Source: Geosiphon pyriformis uo1
Lineage: Eukaryota; Fungi; Glomeromycota
Assembly (NCBI GenBank): GCA_016748015.1
Contig: JAAOMT010000009.1
Span: 1,489,924 to 1,553,923 of the forward strand
Reading direction: 5' to 3'
DNA length: 64,000 nucleotides
This document shows positions 1 to 12,830 of this stretch, piece after piece; position 1 is the first letter of the stretch; each line of letters starts with the position of its first letter. The notes beneath the pieces are model-generated. The model did not search any database, was not told where the DNA came from, and worked only from the letters and a program-made list of their open reading frames with translations. A program made the translations under genes and the position numbers.

Positions 1-1676
1 ATGGCTGATAAATTGCATAATTGTCAGCTAAGTACCCTTCCAGCTTCTAGTTAATGGAATTACTGAATTGTTTCAATTTGGAATCCAATTCAGATAATCC
101 ATTCATTATTAGATTTATGGCTTGGGCATGGTTGGCTTCGAGTTTAGCTGCTTTAAAATCTCTGGTGTTGTTAACTGCAGCTTAAAAGTCTACTAGATGC
201 ATTGGGCATATATGTTGGAGAATGCTACTGCACAGGCCTTTAATAAATTGGTTTAGGATTTGTGGCGCTGTAAAGTAATCAGCCTGCATTGCTTGAATCT
301 GGCACAGATTCCTATGGAAGTGTCCTAAATAAGTAGTGACTGCTTTATTTTCTCCTTGTTTAATAGTGGTGAAAGTGTTTGCTAGCCAATTAATACTATT
401 GTTGTTGCTGAAGTATTATAGGAATGCAAGCTTAAATGCAGCAAAATCTTGGGGTTTGTTAGCCAAGCTTTAATACTATGAATCGATGATATCTTAGAGA
501 AAGTAAAGAATGGTCTGCATAGCTCTGGCATTATTTCAGCCATTGGCTGCAATGGCTTTCTCCACATTATTTAGCCACACTTGAATGTTGTCTTTTTCAC
601 TGGTGAATTTTTCAAGTTTCACTATCGGAGTGTAAGCCATTGGATCGACGTTTGGTTGTTGCAGTTGTTGTTGTAACTGTTAAAACGGCTGCTGGAGTTG
701 TTGAAGTGATTGGAGTAGCTGCTGTTGCTGTTCGTTAATTAGTAAAGCTGGATTAATCCCAATTACTGGAGGTAAATGTTGTTGATTATTGATGTCAGAG
801 TTTCAATTGTTTTGATTGTGCTGTGTTTAGAAATTCGGAGTTCTGATTTCCAGATTTTCCAAATTTGGATTTTGCTGAGTCTAAAAATTCGGGGTTTCAA
901 TGTTTGGTTTTCTGGAATCGGGTTCTGGTAAGTAAATTTTTAATCTTCAGATTCTTCTTCTTTTTCTTCTTGTTCTTTCTCCGATTTCATTACTTCCCAG
1001 AGACTCATGGTTCCAAAATCTGGTTGGGGTGGTGGAGATCAAAGTCCTGATGGCATTGGCGATTAGAACTTAAATCCTTCAAAATATGCACCATATGATC
1101 TTAGAAGATCTTCTTTTTTTTGTTTACTCTAAAATAAGAATTGTCCAAAGGTTAATGTCACATGTAATGTGGATGTGTCTGTTGATGTGATGTTGATGGT
1201 ACTTCCAAGTGTATAGTGGTATGATGGGATTGTTAATAATTCAATTCTGGTTTTCTTCCAAGTGAGTGGTTGTATTTGTTTTGGTGTTACTGCTGGTGTT
1301 TGCAATTTTTCTTTGCTTTTATTGACATAAGTGATTGGGTATCTTTGTTGTGTGTAATGTTCAATTTCTTTATTAATCTTAGTAATAATGGATGCGAAAT
1401 TATAATTTATTGGTAAGCTGGTGTTTTGGATTAATTTGTGGTAAAAAGTTTTTCTCGCTGATTCAGTATTTACTAGTGTTCTTAACAAATAGGCAATTTT
1501 TTTGTTGATGTAGAAATTAAAGGCTGATTCTGCTGATATCTAATTGTGGTTCAATCTCAAGTATTGACAGTAGTATTGAAATAAGGATTTTGTGAATCCT
1601 AAATGGTTTGCTTCTATACTTTCTGATTCTGCCACTGTTGATTTATTTGTTGGTGCTGGTTCTCTGTAGGATTATA

Positions 1677-1693
1677 CCTTACAGAGAGCACCA
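1677..1693 (-). promoter_or_regulatory. Primer binding site (TGGTGCTCTCTGTAAGG)
   Basis: TGG-initiated motif 2 nt inside the LTR end. The same motif occurs at 52548. Confidence 0.85.
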
Positions 1694-1695
1694 AA

Positions 1696-2391
1696 TATTA
1701 CAGATGATTATTTGGAGTCTCAAGTCAAATAACAAATTTGTAACTTGGTGCTTAGTTGGTACTTGGGTGTTGATATCTGAAGGTTTTGATTGTGGAGTTC
1801 TTTGTATAATAGACAGAGATTTAATAGTTGTTTCAGTAATCTCCCAGAATCACAATTCCATCAAATTTTTTTCTCAGTGTGGTGGCCGGTAATTCTCTTG
1901 ATAAGCTATTCTCAAATTTATGAGTGTTCTATCCTTGTTTCACGGGTTTTTTACCAGTCCCTATGACATCTGTATCTCAGCACTTAATCCTTAATCAATT
2001 TAGTAAAACCAAAGAAATAACAAAAAAAAATAAAAAAAAATAAAAAAAAATAAAAAAATAAACAAAAGCAATTGCAAGTTAGTATTCTGTCAATAGCCAT
2101 AATTAAGAACTATTGTTCCAGCATGGTTAAATATTAATTATTATCAACATAAAGTGTTGATAGTAGAGAGTAAATTTGGATGGTAAATAGTTATTTATTT
2201 GATATTTGTGAATGGAAAGTTGCTTAGATCAAATTTAAACTGAAAGGTCTGTCTTTTTTACTTCTAATGCTATTACTATATATACATAATTGATGTTCTA
2301 TGAGATCGCTCACATTTCCGAGCAATATGCTAAATACTATTCTCTCATTGGTCTGCTATTTTCTATATCTGTTTTCTTTTTATGAGTAACA
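1696..2391 (-). repeat. Gypsy 5' LTR (~696 bp)
   Basis: Minus-strand termini TGTTAC...TGTAAT(C)A, adjacent PBS, and homology to the LTRs at 3287 and 51694. Confidence 0.85.
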
Positions 2392-4830
2392 ATGTCCAAA
2401 ATTTTCCAAAGACTATATTTTGAAAAAAAAGTTTTTTTGTTTTTCTGTTTTATACTTTATAATTTTCCAAAAACTAATTTTTTTACTGTTAAATTGACTG
2501 TTATCATAAATAGTTTTGTAATTAAAAAGAAATCAGTCAGAGTTTTAGCTTTAAATTTAATTAATAGAAGCTTAATTCAAAAGCAAAAAGCTTTTTTTGG
2601 CAAAATAAAGCATTTAAGTAATAAAATGAATTTAAGTTTTGGTAAGTTAAAGTGCATTATTGGTCAGTTTACTAAGATGAATACAGATAAAAATACTTTT
2701 AAAGTGGTTTTTCTAAATAATAATACTGATTATAAAGCAAATAGTAAAAATAAAAAATAGTTTAATTTTAAAATAAATATTTTCAAGACCAAGCAAATTA
2801 ATATTAATGCTGTTTTTGGTTTCCTAATTAGTTTTTTTAACTATAATATAAATAATAATAAGATTTTTTTATCTTTTTATTTTTTTATTTCTTTGAACAA
2901 AAAATATATTAATCTAAAAATTACTAAAACTTAAATGGAGATACTTATTAAAAAATTTTTTGTTTTAAACATTAATCTTTTGACAGTAGATGGCAAATTA
3001 GCAATGGCAAAAACTTAAATTATTAAAAAAATCTTTTTAATAGTCAATAATTTTAGAAGAACCATTATTTTTTCAAAATTTGAAGAAATTATCAAATCAA
3101 TATTTATATCTAAAAAAAACTTAAATAAGATTATATTATTAAATAAGAAAAATAGAATTAAAGTAAACAATAATTTCAAAAAACAAAAATTTTATTCAAA
3201 TTGAATTGTAATCATAAAAAAAATTTCTATGGATATATTAAAGAAAATAATTATAGTGGCTTTTTTTAAGTTTAGTTAAGTAGTATTATTACTTATAAAA
3301 AATTACAAAAAAAAAAAGCTGGAAAAACAAATAGAAAAATAGACCAATAGGAAAATAGTACTTAATATGTAAGCATAATACCAAAAAACTATAACACATT
3401 GCTTAACAATATGCACAGTGCTAATAAATTAGGGCATATTGCTCAGCAATATGAATAATGTCAGTAAATTAAAACATACTGTTTAGCAATGTAAACAATA
3501 TCAATAAATTAAAACACATTGCTTAAAAAAATGTGAGATCTTGTAAAACAAAAAATATGTATATATAATAAGAGTATTAGAACAGAAAAGACAGAATCCA
3601 GTTTAGAATTAATATTCACAACTTATTAATTATCTTATATTTTTTCCTTTAAAAAGTAGTTTTCTATAACTTAAAGTAAAATCAAATCATATATTAATAA
3701 AATATTAATTACTACTTGAATCTATGTTATTATTGCTTGATTAAAGAAATATTAAATACTTTTACTCTATTAAAACTCCATGTTGATAGAACCCAATACT
3801 TGACCATACTAAACCAATAGCTCTTGATCATAATTATTAATGGAATACTAATTTCTTAATTTTTTTTTTATTTTTTTTTATTTTTTTATTTTTTTTTGTT
3901 TATTTTGTTTATTTTGTTAATTTGCTAACTAATTAAAAAGATTAAGCATTGAATATTTTAATATCAAGAATAGTCTGGTAAAAAACCCAAAAATAAGGAT
4001 ATAGAACTCGAAAATTAAAGATAATTTATTAGAAAGACATGACTATTGAAATAAACCAGTTACTATGCTAAAAAAAAATTGACAAAATAACCATTCCAGA
4101 AGACTATTAAAACAACTATTGAATTTCTGTTCATTATACAAAAAACTCCACCAAAACCTTCAGATATTATCAATACCAACCAGTTATTGAATACCAAGTT
4201 ATGAGTTTATTATTTATATTAATACCCTAAATAATCATCTGTAATAGTGTTAATTCAATTATAACTTATTAAGCTGTGGCAGAAAACTGTAGTAGAATTT
4301 ATTAAATTAAGTTAAGCTGATTATTTAGTATCTAAGTAATCATTTTTAATTAGAAAAAACTTAGTATATATAATTAAAATTATAAAAAATTATGATATAT
4401 AAATATTAAGAGATTGTTTTAGAGCACTTTTTTTTATATTTTTTGTAAAAACAACTGTTTATGATCTTAGTAATCTGTTAAAAAAGACTGATAAAAAGAT
4501 TTGTATTATTAATCAATTATTTAAAACAATTAACAAAATTTATTGTATTATAGTTAGTTTTAAATCAAAAAAAAATTGAAATTAGTCTTTTGTATAGAGC
4601 CAATTCTAAGTAGCATTAAGTTTTTTTGAGCTAAGTTGGATCTGATTTAATATAAAAAATATAAGTGTTTTCGACATTTTTTTGAAGTATAATACTTTAG
4701 ATATATTAGTCTTTTCTTTTTTAAAAGTATATAAGAAGCTTATATTAGATAGAAATAGTTTTTAGTTGGCCAAATTGTATATTAAAAAAAGTATTTCTAT
4801 CATGTATTCTATTGTCTTTAACAATAAATT
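2392..4830 (+). mobile_element. Heavily decayed LINE 5' end/ORF1 relic, split by a solo LTR
   Basis: Colinear with the LINE at 33292 (5' UTR; relics of KKSFALDI, PSKFEEIIRS, IKKIPMD, LWQKAVVEF). The right boundary is approximate. Confidence 0.75.
3287..4246 (+). repeat. Gypsy solo LTR (~960 bp) with 4-bp TSD
   Basis: Termini T(A)TTAC...TGTAA(T)A. TSD GTAT 3283-3286 / GTGT 4247-4250. The LINE ORF1 frame resumes across it. Confidence 0.85.
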
Positions 4831-5286
4831 ATAATAATTATATTTTAAAGTATATTTGGATATAATAAGCATATTTATTGTAACAAATTATTGTATAATC
4901 TGTGAATAAATTGGTTTAAGATTTGTGATATTGTAAAATAGTCAGCATTAATGGCTTAGATCTGGTGTAAATTTTAGTAAAAACATCTCAAATATGTGGT
5001 AATTGCTTTAATATTATCTTGTTTAATGATAGTAAATCCAGTTAACAGTTAATTAATACTATAGTGATTGTTAAAATACTGTAAAAATGTAATTTTAAAT
5101 ATGTTAAAGTTATTAAGTTTGTTTGCAAAACTTTAATATCATAAGTTAGTAATATTCTGTAAAAATTATGAAATTGTTTAGAGAACTCTAATATTGTTTT
5201 ATTTGTTAGTTATAATGGTTTTTTTATATTATTTAATTATAGTTGAGTATTATTTTCTTTATTAATGAACTTTTTAAGCTTAACAA
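4830..5286 (-). pseudogene. Gypsy gag (capsid) fragment
   Basis: Translates with stops to IVKLKKFINKENNTQL...TTYLRCFY.NLHQI.AINADYFTISQILNQFIHRL, homologous to 1-642 and 53583-54000. Confidence 0.75.
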
Positions 5287-5420
5287 TATTACCAGTAGAA
5301 TTTTAGCATTAATTAACATAAAATTATTCTTATAATTTCTAATATTAATTAACATATATTATTATTATTTTAATTATTATTTATTATTTAATTAAATTAT
5401 TAAATATTATTTTTTTCTAA
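5287..5420 (+). repeat. Truncated LTR start of the family seen at 55959
   Basis: T(A)TTACCAGTAGAATTTTAGC...ATTAATTA matches the first ~130 bp of the solo LTR at 55959. Confidence 0.7.
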
Positions 5421-6365
5421 ATATTGCAAATTGTATTTTACATTAATTTTGTGAGCTTTTTTTGGCTTGATTTTTTGACCATTATTGTCAAAGTATTAAA
5501 TTGTATAACAAACTGATTTTTGACTAAATAGATTAAAGTTGTTGCAATTTTTTCTTCTGGCTTTGGTTTTTCAAATTCAATTTTATGTTTATTGCTTCCA
5601 TTAACAATAAAATGCTAAGAACATAGTATTTTGAACATTATTAGTTATCATAAGACATAACATATTCTTTGTATAATTGAATGTTTATTTGCTTTAATTA
5701 TTGAATTTAAGCTTCTTTAATTAGGTAAGTGTAATTTGCAATTTAGTAATATATTTTTGCTTTATTTTTATAGTTGTATCTAGTAATTTTAAAAGTATAT
5801 TTAATATATTAAGCTTCTTTTATCTAATAAACATTTTTTTGGATTTCTTTGTTAATTAAAATTATGGCTAGTTTATAGATTATTTTAGTATTATGTAAAT
5901 AATAATAAAATTTGTTAAGAGTGCTGTTGTATATTGCATCAAAAAAAATTTTTCTGCAATTGATAGAACATATTAACATATTTAATTATAAACTTCTTTT
6001 TTTATTACAATATTAATTTAATTATATTTTTTTAATAATAATTCTCTACAAGTAAGACAAGAAGTATTATTTTATTTTCCACTTTGTTTAAAGTATTTAA
6101 ATCGTTTTTTGTAATATGCTTTGCAATAATAACATGTATATGTTTTATATATTTTTTTTGAAAATATATAGGCTTCCATATGAGCTTAATATTAAAGTGT
6201 ATTTATAACAAAAACTTTAATAAGTATAATAATTTTATTAATTGTGAATAAAAAGTTATTAATTTTTCTTACTTAAATTTTTTTTATGCTATTGACTATA
6301 ACAATGACTGTTTAGACAGATCTGTCAATGTTTTATTGTAGTTATTGTATTAACTAGTAGATAAT
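5420..6365 (-). pseudogene. Gypsy pol fragment (protease C-half plus Cys-rich domain) of another subfamily
   Basis: 6365-6170 reads IDRSV.TVIVIVNSIKKI.VRKINNFLFTINKIIILIKVFVI (protease relic). 6180-5600 reads TCYYCKAY...SGK.NNTSCLTCRELL, matching the Cys-rich domain at 55620 and 13650. Confidence 0.65.
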
Positions 6366-6627
6366 ACAATCAGAGAGATTTTAAATTTCATAGATCAATT
6401 CTGGAATAATCCACAAAAAATTCTTGTAATCTAATTGGTGTTCAGCATTATTAATATAGAGAATTTGATAATTCTTTATTGATCAAATACTTCAAATAAA
6501 AATCAAAACTAACAGTAAAAACATACTTTTATAAACACAAAATTTCAGAATTTATAAGGATTTACACAATATTACATAGTAGTTTTTTATTAAATTAAAT
6601 TTAAAATTACATTTTATTTTATAATTA

Positions 6628-7411
6628 ATGCCAAAAATTTACCCTGTTTATTTGAAGTTCTTACCAGTGAATATAATAAAAGTCAATTAATAAAATGTAA
6701 AACCAAAAAAAGTCAAAGATGATAACATACATCAGTTAATGTTATAACAGAAAGAATAATAGAAATAACTAAGTATTTTCCTAGATTAACTATATTACTT
6801 GACTCTCTAAACAATTATTCTTTATGTGAAAGACATTATAATTAGATTGTTATTAAAAAGTTTTTTATTAAACGAATTATTAAATCAAATGATTCAACTT
6901 TTTTAGATTTAGAAAAAACAGAAAGAAAAAGACCAAGACTTTCTAATAATAACAAGTTGTTAGAATTAGAAAAAACTTTTTTTGATTTTAGAGTCCAAGT
7001 ATTTTTGCCAGATTTAATATATAAAGTTTATATAAAACAAATACAGAAGCTAAAAAATATTAATCAGCAATTATTATCTAAGAATACAACATTAAAAAAG
7101 CAATTAAATGAAGCATTTAATAATTAACAAGATTATATTAAATCTGTAACAGAAATTGCCAAAAAGAAACAAGATAATTTGTATAATAATATAATAAGTT
7201 TGAAAAAAAATCATAAATGTTTTAATCTAGATAGTTTTTTAAAGTATTGTCTTTTAATATGGCTTGCAAAACAAAATTCAGTTATTGTAAGATTTATTGA
7301 AACTCTTACTCATAATGAAGATGAATATTAAAATGAAAAAGAAAAGCTTTTTAAGTGTGTTGTAGCAGTTAATGCTATATATGGATCAAAGCACTTAAAA
7401 TATGTTTCTGC
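6628..7411 (+). pseudogene. Decayed ORF with N-terminal C..C..CxxH motif and coiled coil, truncated by an LTR; possibly a DNA-transposon protein
   Basis: About 255 codons in one frame with only ~5 stops, all revertible by C>T/G>A (...NNYSLCERHYN...ERKRPRL...KLFKCVVAVNAIYGSKHLKYVSA). No similarity to the retroelements in this window. Confidence 0.45.
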
Positions 7412-8424
7412 TGTTACAGATAAACTTGGTAGGGTAGGAAAATAGTAACATTTGGTGTTCTCAATTATCAGTAATGTGTGTTTTGTGTAATTCTGTTAAC
7501 TTAGTCTTAATTATTAGTTTCTGAAGATCTTATCTATTGGTTGTAAATTTACTTGTCAAGTTTGTTGGTTATAAAACACAAAAATTTGGCTTTTGCTGAT
7601 TGCAACTTCTTATAAATGTGAGCTATCTTTTCCAAGCTAACAAACACAGTCATTAGAGTCTGATGTTGTCTTTCTGTCTTTCTGGTAAGCTACCAAAATA
7701 ATGTTAATATTCAAAACTTAGGAAAAGCTTCCCTTTTTTACCAGGCTATTACGAAGTCTATTCTTAGACAGTCAATTTTACTATATTGTTGCTTTACAAG
7801 AGAAAATAAAAAAAAAAAAAAACTAAAAGAAAAAAAAAAAACTAAAAGAAAAATAAAATAAAAAAAGATGAATTAGTATCATCAATTATTATGATCAAGA
7901 GTAATTGGTTTAGGCTGTTAAGAGTTCGAGGCATTTATACTAAGAGCATCTGTTTTGGAACAAAAGAGTGAATTAAAGATTAGTTTGATGTATATATAAG
8001 ATAATTAATAACTATGTATTGAAGATTTGTTTGTGGTTTTTCAAATAAGTCTTTTATTTTTGTAAGATGTAATAATTATAAGGAAGAGAAAAATTGATTC
8101 TTGTCTGGATGTCTTTCTAACTTTTACAGTTACTTGTTTTTATATATTCTTTTTGTTTTACAGAATTGCTTCTGATTGCTTTGTTATTTTTGTTATTGCT
8201 TTGTTTTTTACATTATCACTAGTTATCCTATGTTATAATACATTATTCTAAGTTATTATTCATTATACTATGTTATAACACATTATCCTATGTTCTTATG
8301 TGTTATACTATTTTATAACACATTATTCTATGTTATTATATATTATTCTATGTTATTTTGTGTCATTATATTTTTGGTTATGTTTTTTCTATAACTTTGG
8401 ATTGGTTTTTTTACTCAAATAATA
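7412..8424 (-). repeat. Gypsy 3' LTR (~1013 bp)
   Basis: Begins TGTTAC on the plus strand at 7412. The other end abuts a minus-strand polypurine tract, AAAAAGAGAGAGATAA. Contains an internal ~20-bp minisatellite at 8205-8375. Confidence 0.8.
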
Positions 8425-8437
8425 TTATCTCTCTCTT

Positions 8438-9232
8438 TTTAGAATTGAGCTCCTGCAAAATTAATTATATTTGTTATAATAGCTTTATTCATGTAGTGTT
8501 CAATTGTTGCATTAAGTATCATTTTTTGTAGATTTTTAAACTGTTGATTGGTTATTTATCCTATGTTATTAACTATTATAGTCTTTATAAATCCATATAA
8601 TAGTACATTTGAACAATGTTGAAAAGCAGCATACAGTCAGTATATTGTTTTGTAATGTAGAGTCAAGTTGCTTCTTTCTACAAATTTTTCTACTTGTTGT
8701 ATTGTTTCTTTGTTAAAAGTTTTCTGTCTGAAGTCTTTGTATGATGTTTTCAAATCTAACTGTTTACCAATTTTATAGAATCAATATACTAGAGAAAGTC
8801 TTTTTTTCCATTTTTGAGTATTGTTAGGTGTTCATTCTCTTGTTTCAGGGAGTTCAGTCTTATGAACTAAAGCTTTTTTTATTTTTTCGAGCTTAAGAAC
8901 CAAGTATCTTTTATAAAATTTTTTTATTTCTTGTTCCACTCAAGAGAAATTTTTTCTCCAATTTTCTTTCTCAAGCATTGAGTAGGGGTAAAACCATTTA
9001 GTTTTAGTTGAACTTTCACTCTTTTTTTTTTTGCTTTTATCTTTATATTGTATTTCTTTTCTATCAATTATTACTTTTATTTGAACAGAAGATTGCTAAA
9101 TTGTGTCAAATAGTTGTTTTGAGAGTTGTAGAATTTGATCTAACAGATTTATGCTGAAAGTTCTATCATTTCTTACTGTTTTTTCGAATGTTATATATAT
9201 TTAAATTTCTTAATTTAATTTGCTACATATTG
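8438..9232 (-). pseudogene. Extra ORF downstream of integrase (unknown function)
   Basis: DQILQLSKQLFDTI...IIDRKEIQYKDKSKKKR and ITNQQFKNLQKMI...NFAGAQF* align with 61162-61857. Confidence 0.65.
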
Positions 9233-12200
9233 TCTATGTTTTGATAATAATAATTGGTTCCAAATTTCATGGTATATCTTTTGGTTTAATTAATGAAATT
9301 TGTGTTTCTAGCTAAGATACTGATAATGATGATTGCTGTTTTACATGATAGATTTTTAACTGGTTTCCATGAGCTACTTTCTTTAAAATCCTGTTTTTCA
9401 ATCATAATTTGTAAGCTTCATTAACTAAAACTTCATATATGTGGAATAGACTATCTCACTTTAGGTCTAACTTTCTATTCCATTGTTTTTCAGCTTTTAT
9501 ATGATGTAACAATACTTGGTTTTCAATCTTGAATTCTATTAGTTGTTCTAATAGGTGGTTATTATGTTTTTTTTTGGACATTTTTAAGAATAACTAATAT
9601 TGTTAGCTATTGTTCTATGATTGTCTTTTAACATTTTCATTAACTAATATATTCTTTGGTATAAAATAGCTTCAAAATTCTTTTCAGTAATTGTTTTTGT
9701 TGGGTAAAACAGTATTATTCATTTAATTAGTAACATAACTTTTTCTTTATAGACTAGTTCAAATAATGTGAATTGAGTTGTATTTTGTTTCAATGTTTAA
9801 TATGCAAAAAGTACAAAAAATACAAATAAGTCTCATTCTTATTTATTTTTGTGACTTATTTTTGCTAGTGCTTTACACAGTGTTTGGTTAAATTGTTCTA
9901 CCAGTCTGTTTGTTTGTGGGTAATATGGTGACAATAAAGAACATTTTATTCCAAACTGTTGACTTAATTCAGTTAACGTATTATTGACAAAATGTGTTTC
10001 TTGATTGAATAGCAGTTCTTTTGGGCATCTATGTCTGCAAATCAAATCTTGGTATATGAACTCAATTATTGTTTTAGTGTCTGCTACTTGGATGGCTCTG
10101 GCTTCTGGCCATTTTGTCAAATAGTATATGGCCACAGCAATGTAACAATTTCCTTTAGATGTTATGAAAAAAGAACCAACCAAATTGATTCCAATTTTAT
10201 CAAATGGATTTTCAACTAAAATGGATCAAAGTGGTTTTGTTGTTTTGGCTCCTTTTTTTTACTGGCATGAGTTACAATTGAGCATGTATTCGGAAATATC
10301 TTTGTATATTGTTGGCCAATAGTATAAATTTAGGGTTCTTTCAAGAGTAGTATCTTTATTAAAGTGTTCTATAGTAGAATCAGAATACATACTATGTAAT
10401 ATATATTTTTTTCATTATTTTTGATAACTTGTTATAAAGTGGGGCAGTTTTGGTGTTCTTATCAATATAGTTAGTTGTCTTGAATAAAATAATTTCGGGC
10501 TTGTTTTCATATGATACTTTGTTCTTGTTAAAATAATATCTCCTTAAAACATAGTGTTGATAAATACTAATGTAGTCAGTGATAATTGGTTGTTCATGGG
10601 TCTGAAATTTTAGGTTTGTGGCATCCTTGACAAACTGTCAGCATTGGTATTTTTGGATTCTTCTTTGTAATGAACTTTGAGTAAGAATTATTGTAGATAA
10701 GTACTCCATCTTGCATATTTTCTCTCTAATTGTGAATTGTTAAGTAATCAAACAAGTCCTTTATGATTAGTATATAAGTCAAAGGGCAAACTAAAATAGT
10801 GTTTCCATGTTTGTACAGTCCAATAAATAGTGAGACATTTCAGATCTGTTGTGTTGTAATTCTTTTCTGCTGGGCTAGTATTGCGACTAGTATAGACAAT
10901 TAAATGTTTTCTATTGTCTGGTTTTATTTGTAATAAGACTGCTTCTAGAGCATTTTTTGAGGCATCTGTAGTGACAATGAACTATTTAGTGAAATCTGGG
11001 TAAATCAAGATTGGGAATGTGATCAATTGCTGCTTGAGATAGTCAAATGCTTTCTGTTGGTTTTTTTTTTATAGATACTGTATATGTTTGGACAACAAAT
11101 AATAAAGTGGTTTTGTAATAGTTAAAAATTCTTTGATGAATTATTAATAGTATTTTGTCAATTCTAAAAATTCTTATAATTCTTTGAAGTTAATTGGAGT
11201 TGGAAAATCTTTGACTTTTTGAACCTTGTTTGGATTGAAATTGACTTTATTTTTGCCAATTATGTGTTCTAGAAATTTCAACTTGGTCTTTTCAAAGAAG
11301 CATTTATTAGGATTGAGTTTCAATCTGGCACTACAAAGGTGTTCAAAAACTTGTTAAAGATAGAACAAGTGATTGTCAAATGTTTCTGAAAAGACATTGG
11401 TGTTATCAAAGTATACTATAACTAATTTCCACAAGATTCCTTTGTACATAACATTTATAAAATACTGGAAGATAGTAGAAGTATTGCAGAGTTTAAAGAG
11501 CATTATATTGAACTTGAAGTTTCTGTTTTGGATGGTAAACACCATTTTTCTTTTGTCTTTGGAGTCTATTTCAATCTGCCAATATTTATTGGCTAGATCT
11601 AATGATAATAATTATTTTTTGTTTTCTAAATTGTCCAGAATTTCTTGAATAAGAGGTGTGAGATAACTATTTCTTTAGGTGATACTGTTTAGCTTCCAGT
11701 AATCTACACAGAATCTTATCTTTCTGTTTTTCTTGGTAACCAAGATCACTAAGAAGGACCAAAGGCTTAATAATTTTTTAATCAAGCTATTGTTAAGCAT
11801 TTATTGTACTTCTTGCTTAATTAGATTATTACTAGATAGAAGTACTCAATAGGTCTGCTGTTTAATAGGTTACACATCTCCCATATTAATTTGATGCTTT
11901 ACAATGTTAGTGTATTTAAACTTATTTTTACTGACAAAGACATTGACATATTGATTCAAGAAAACCTTAAGTTGTATTTACTGAAAAGTATTCAGGTTTC
12001 CCAAATGTAATTTGTCAATTTCTTCTGGTGTGAACAGGTAACTTTCTTTTGGCAAGTTCTATACTTGTAAGATAATATTGCAAAATAAGAATAGCTGTGC
12101 AAAATCTGAAATAGATTGGAGTTTTTTGGGATGTTAAATGTCCAATGAAATGGAACCAATGAGAATTCTTTCAGGAATTTCAATAACATCTTCTGTAAAA

Positions 12201-12439
12201 TTGTGGATAAAGATTTTGAAGTGTTTATAAGTTTTGGTTAATAGGTTTAAGTTAGCAACATTGGCTAAAGAACAGATTTCAAGACTGGCTTTGAATAACA
12301 GGGCTTGGTTTTGAATCTTTTGATTCATCTTAATGATGTATTATTAATATAGGAGGATGAAGATAACTATGTCAATGTAAATAAATTCTACCTGGTTATT
12401 ATTTTTCTCTATGAAGTTAACTGGTATATTTCCTCTTCT

Positions 12440-12830
12440 ACTTGATCCAAACCCATTAATTCTTCAGGCAGTAAGGCCTAATTTTTTTTGAGTTGTTACT
12501 AGAGTTAATTGTGGTACTTTGACTAAGAGTAGAAAGATAGCTTGGGCAATCTTTTCTTATGATTCTATTTTGTAGGGTTTGTTTAAATTGTTTTGTAGCA
12601 TTATAATGATGTTTCTTATGTAGTTGGCATTAATAATTCCTCTTTTTACATCAATTTTTTTTTTGGCTAGGCTGGATTGAGAGGCAACTTGTATCATTGT
12701 ACTAACAGAGATTTCTAACACTATCTTAAGATCTATTTTTATGAGAAAATGTAGAGCTATAACTATAAATAATTGTCTGAGATATTATAAGTTAAAACTA
12801 GTATCAGTGTTATGTGTCCTTTTAGGACAG
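12440..12830 (-). pseudogene. dUTPase domain within Gypsy pol
   Basis: Motif relics DTSFNL, ASQSSLAKK, GIINANYIRNI, KIAQAIF, NGFGSS. Confidence 0.85.

Larger units (their letters stand above)
1..2391 (-). mobile_element. Ty3/Gypsy LTR retrotransposon, 5' part (5' LTR, PBS, gag); continues off the window's left edge
   Basis: Decayed capsid-like gag at 1-642 (MAYTPIVKLEKFTSEKDDIQVWLNNVEKAIAANG...) homologous to 53583 onward. N-terminal gag region 1129-1640 is homologous to 52600-53150. LTR at 1696-2391. Confidence 0.9.
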
